Origin: a bacterium
Lineage (GTDB): Bacteria > UBA8248
Assembly: GCA_965199855.1 (NCBI GenBank)
Contig: OZ241326.1
Span: 1,280,001 to 1,344,000 of the forward strand
Direction of reading: 5' to 3'
Length of the DNA: 64,000 nt
The notes below the pieces were generated by a model. That model saw only the letters and a list, made by a program, of their open reading frames with translations. It had not been told where the DNA came from and ran no database searches. Below, piece by piece: positions 62,289 through 64,000 of this stretch; the stretch's first letter is position 1; each line of letters starts with the position of its first letter. The translations under genes were made by a program, and so were the position numbers.

Positions 62289-62336
62289 CTCTATCCCGCC
62301 CTGTTTTCGGGACCGTTCCGTTTGGATAGCGGGGGC

Positions 62337-62412
62337 TGGTGGAGGTGAGGGGACTCGAACCCCTGACCTCGTGGGTGCGATCCACGCGCTCTCCCAGCTG
62401 AGCTACACCCCC
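62337..62412 (-). tRNA. tRNA-Ala(CGC)
   Basis: GGGGGTG/CACCTCC acceptor with G3:U70, anticodon arm CGTGG-ATCGCAC-CCACG, GGTTCGAGTCC, ACCA end. Confidence 0.95.
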
Positions 62413-62527
62413 ACAAGAGCGGACTGAAAGTAGGCGAAGGCGCTTCGGGTTGTCAAGTCGGGCGCGGGCCCGAAAAAGGGAGCGCCGATGAAGACCCCCC
62501 CAAGGGGACTCCATCGGCGCTCGGCCT

Positions 62528-62674
62528 GCCGCAGAGTCCGCCCGTTTCCCCCGCAGCAGAAAATTCCGTGTTCTATGAACGCCCTTGCAGCCTCCTTCCG
62601 GTGAGGGCCGGGGAGGAATCCTCCGAGGATTCTCCCCGGCCCTCGTCCCGCCGCAGAGTCCGCCCGTTTCCCCC
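62528..62674. repeat. 25-bp perfect direct repeat flanking a long hairpin
   Basis: GCCGCAGAGTCCGCCCGTTTCCCCC at 62528-62552 and 62650-62674; 20-bp inverted repeat (one bulge) at 62603-62644. Confidence 0.8.
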
Positions 62675-62691
62675 ACGACGGGGTTGTTTTC

Positions 62692-64000
62692 TCAGGAGCA
62701 TCCGCTCGTCGCTCCGCAGGTCACGCATTTGAGGCAGGTGCCGTTTCGCACGAGGGTGAACAGCCCGCAGTCGCCGCACGCCTCGCCCTCGTATCCCTTG
62801 GCGCGCGCCTCCTCGATCCCGGCCGAGGGCGCGGCGGAAGCGCCGGCGGCCTCCTCGCCGTAGTCGAGGCTCACCCGGTCGCTGCGCGGCGCGCCCATGT
62901 CCGGCCCCGGGATCATGGTCTGAATCTCGTCTTCCTCCTCGGCGTCGAACTCGGGCATTTCCTCCTCCGGCCGTCCGAGGGTGTCGCTCCTCAAGTCCTC
63001 CGGCGTCACCTGCGCGAGGTCGTGGCGTCCCAGGTAGGAGACGGCCAGCTCCCGGAAGATGTAGTCGATGATGGAGGTGCTCATCTTGATGTGCGGATTG
63101 CCCGCCACCATCCCGCCCGGCTCGAAGCGCGTGAAGACGAAGGCGTCCACGAACTCGTCCAGCGGCACGCCGTGCTGGAGACCCAGCGAGATGGCGATGG
63201 CGAAGCAGTTCATCAGGCTTCGGAAGGCGGCGCCCTCCTTGTGCATGTCGATGAATATCTCGCCCAGCGAGCCGTCCGCGTATTCCCCCGTTCTGAGATA
63301 GACCTTGTGGCCGCCGATGACGGCCTTCTGCGTGTATCCGCCCCGGCGGGTGGGCAGCTTGCGCCTTCTCGACTGGTAGATGATGCGGCGCACGATCTGC
63401 TGGGCGACGCGCGCGGGCGCGCTCTGTCCGTCCGCCGCCTTCTCCTCCCCGCCGGCCTCCTCCTCGCCGAAGAGCTCCGCCTCGCTCTGGGCGGAGAGCG
63501 GCTGGCTGAGCTTCGAGCCGTCCCGGTAGATGGCGATGGCCTTCGTCATCCGCCGCCAGGATTCGCCGTAGATGTCCAGGACGTCCTGAATCGTGGACTC
63601 GGCGGGCATGTTGATGGTCTTGCTGATCGCCCCCGATATGAAGGGCTGGGCCGCCGCCATCATCCGCACGTGCGCCGTCGGGCTGATGAAGCGCTGGCCC
63701 TCGCGCCCGCATTTGCTCGCGCAGTCGAAGACGGCGAGGTGCTCCTCCTTCAGGCGCGGCGCGCCCTCGAGCGTCATCCGCCCGCACACGTAGTCGTTCG
63801 CCTCGCTGATCTGCTCGGGCGCAAAGCCTATCGCCTCGAGCAGGTTCAGGCTCCAGTCGGCGATTTGCGCGTCGTCCAGCCCCAGGTGCTCGCGGCAGAA
63901 GTCCTCGCCCAGGGCGTATTTGCTGAAGGCGAAGGGCAGCTCGAACGCGCCGTCGAGGGCGGCCTCCGCCTTTTCGATGGCCTTGGCCGTGAAGCCCTTC
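62692..64000 (-). CDS. nrdJ: Class II (B12-dependent) ribonucleotide reductase, C-terminal part (runs off the window)
   Basis: [39 protein letters not shown]-terminal CGDCG...NGTCLKC.TCG.TSGCS. Confidence 0.93.
   Translation of the reverse strand, partial: KGFTAKAIEKAEAALDGAFELPFAFSKYALGEDFCREHLGLDDAQIADWSLNLLEAIGFAPEQISEANDYVCGRMTLEGAPRLKEEHLAVFDCASKCGREGQRFISPTAHVRMMAAAQPFISGAISKTINMPAESTIQDVLDIYGESWRRMTKAIAIYRDGSKLSQPLSAQSEAELFGEEEAGGEEKAADGQSAPARVAQQIVRRIIYQSRRRKLPTRRGGYTQKAVIGGHKVYLRTGEYADGSLGEIFIDMHKEGAAFRSLMNCFAIAISLGLQHGVPLDEFVDAFVFTRFEPGGMVAGNPHIKMSTSIIDYIFRELAVSYLGRHDLAQVTPEDLRSDTLGRPEEEMPEFDAEEEDEIQTMIPGPDMGAPRSDRVSLDYGEEAAGASAAPSAGIEEARAKGYEGEACGDCGLFTLVRNGTCLKCVTCGATSGCS

Noticed and set aside
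36792-62337. Genomic island bounded by tRNA-Asp and tRNA-Ala
   Set aside because: No integrase, no duplicated tRNA 3' end found, GC is host-like and housekeeping genes (queF) lie inside
62528-62674. CRISPR array
   Set aside because: Only two repeat copies, a 97-bp spacer and no cas genes in the window

Overview
High-GC (about 70% by eye) bacterial chromosomal window, mostly housekeeping. The gene order dnaG-rpoD-tRNA(CAT)-Zn-ribbon-rnhA-rnpB and dcw-pgeF-yggS-proC-yggT-divIVA suggests a Deltaproteobacteria/Nitrospinota/Tectomicrobia-like lineage (inference). 1-36.8 kb: mutS2 3' end, dnaG, rpoD, tRNA-Ile2, Zn-ribbon gene, rnhA, RNase P RNA, an ilvA-purH-folC-folP-TSUP-panE-panB cluster, the dcw cluster (mraZ to ftsZ, no ddl), pgeF/yggS/proC/yggT/divIVA, mtnA and tRNA-Asp. 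37-64 kb is more accessory: NitT/TauT ABC transporter, CoA-transferase, cupin, FGE-like protein, a minus-strand cytochrome/peroxidase/beta-propeller cluster, an orphan M.EcoRV-like methylase, RibD-like reductase, E1 alpha/beta, RND pump, Zn-dehydrogenase, queF, a Mo-hydroxylase large subunit, tRNA-Ala and the 3' part of nrdJ. Most notable: (1) an AhpD/CMD-family gene split by an in-frame TGA in a C-N-N-[UGA] motif followed by a SECIS-like hairpin (probable selenoprotein), directly behind a lone Mo-hydroxylase subunit; (2) NcgB/NcgC-like cytochromes coupled to a MauG-like diheme enzyme and a YVTN propeller instead of nirK/ncgA; (3) a low-GC second Zn-finger module fused onto the conserved Zn-ribbon gene; (4) an orphan EcoRV-type methyltransferase; (5) a 56-aa acidic peptide with its own strong promoter and terminator; (6) GTAG-type REP elements and several collapsed pseudogenes. 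All homology calls are from motif recognition; no database search was run.
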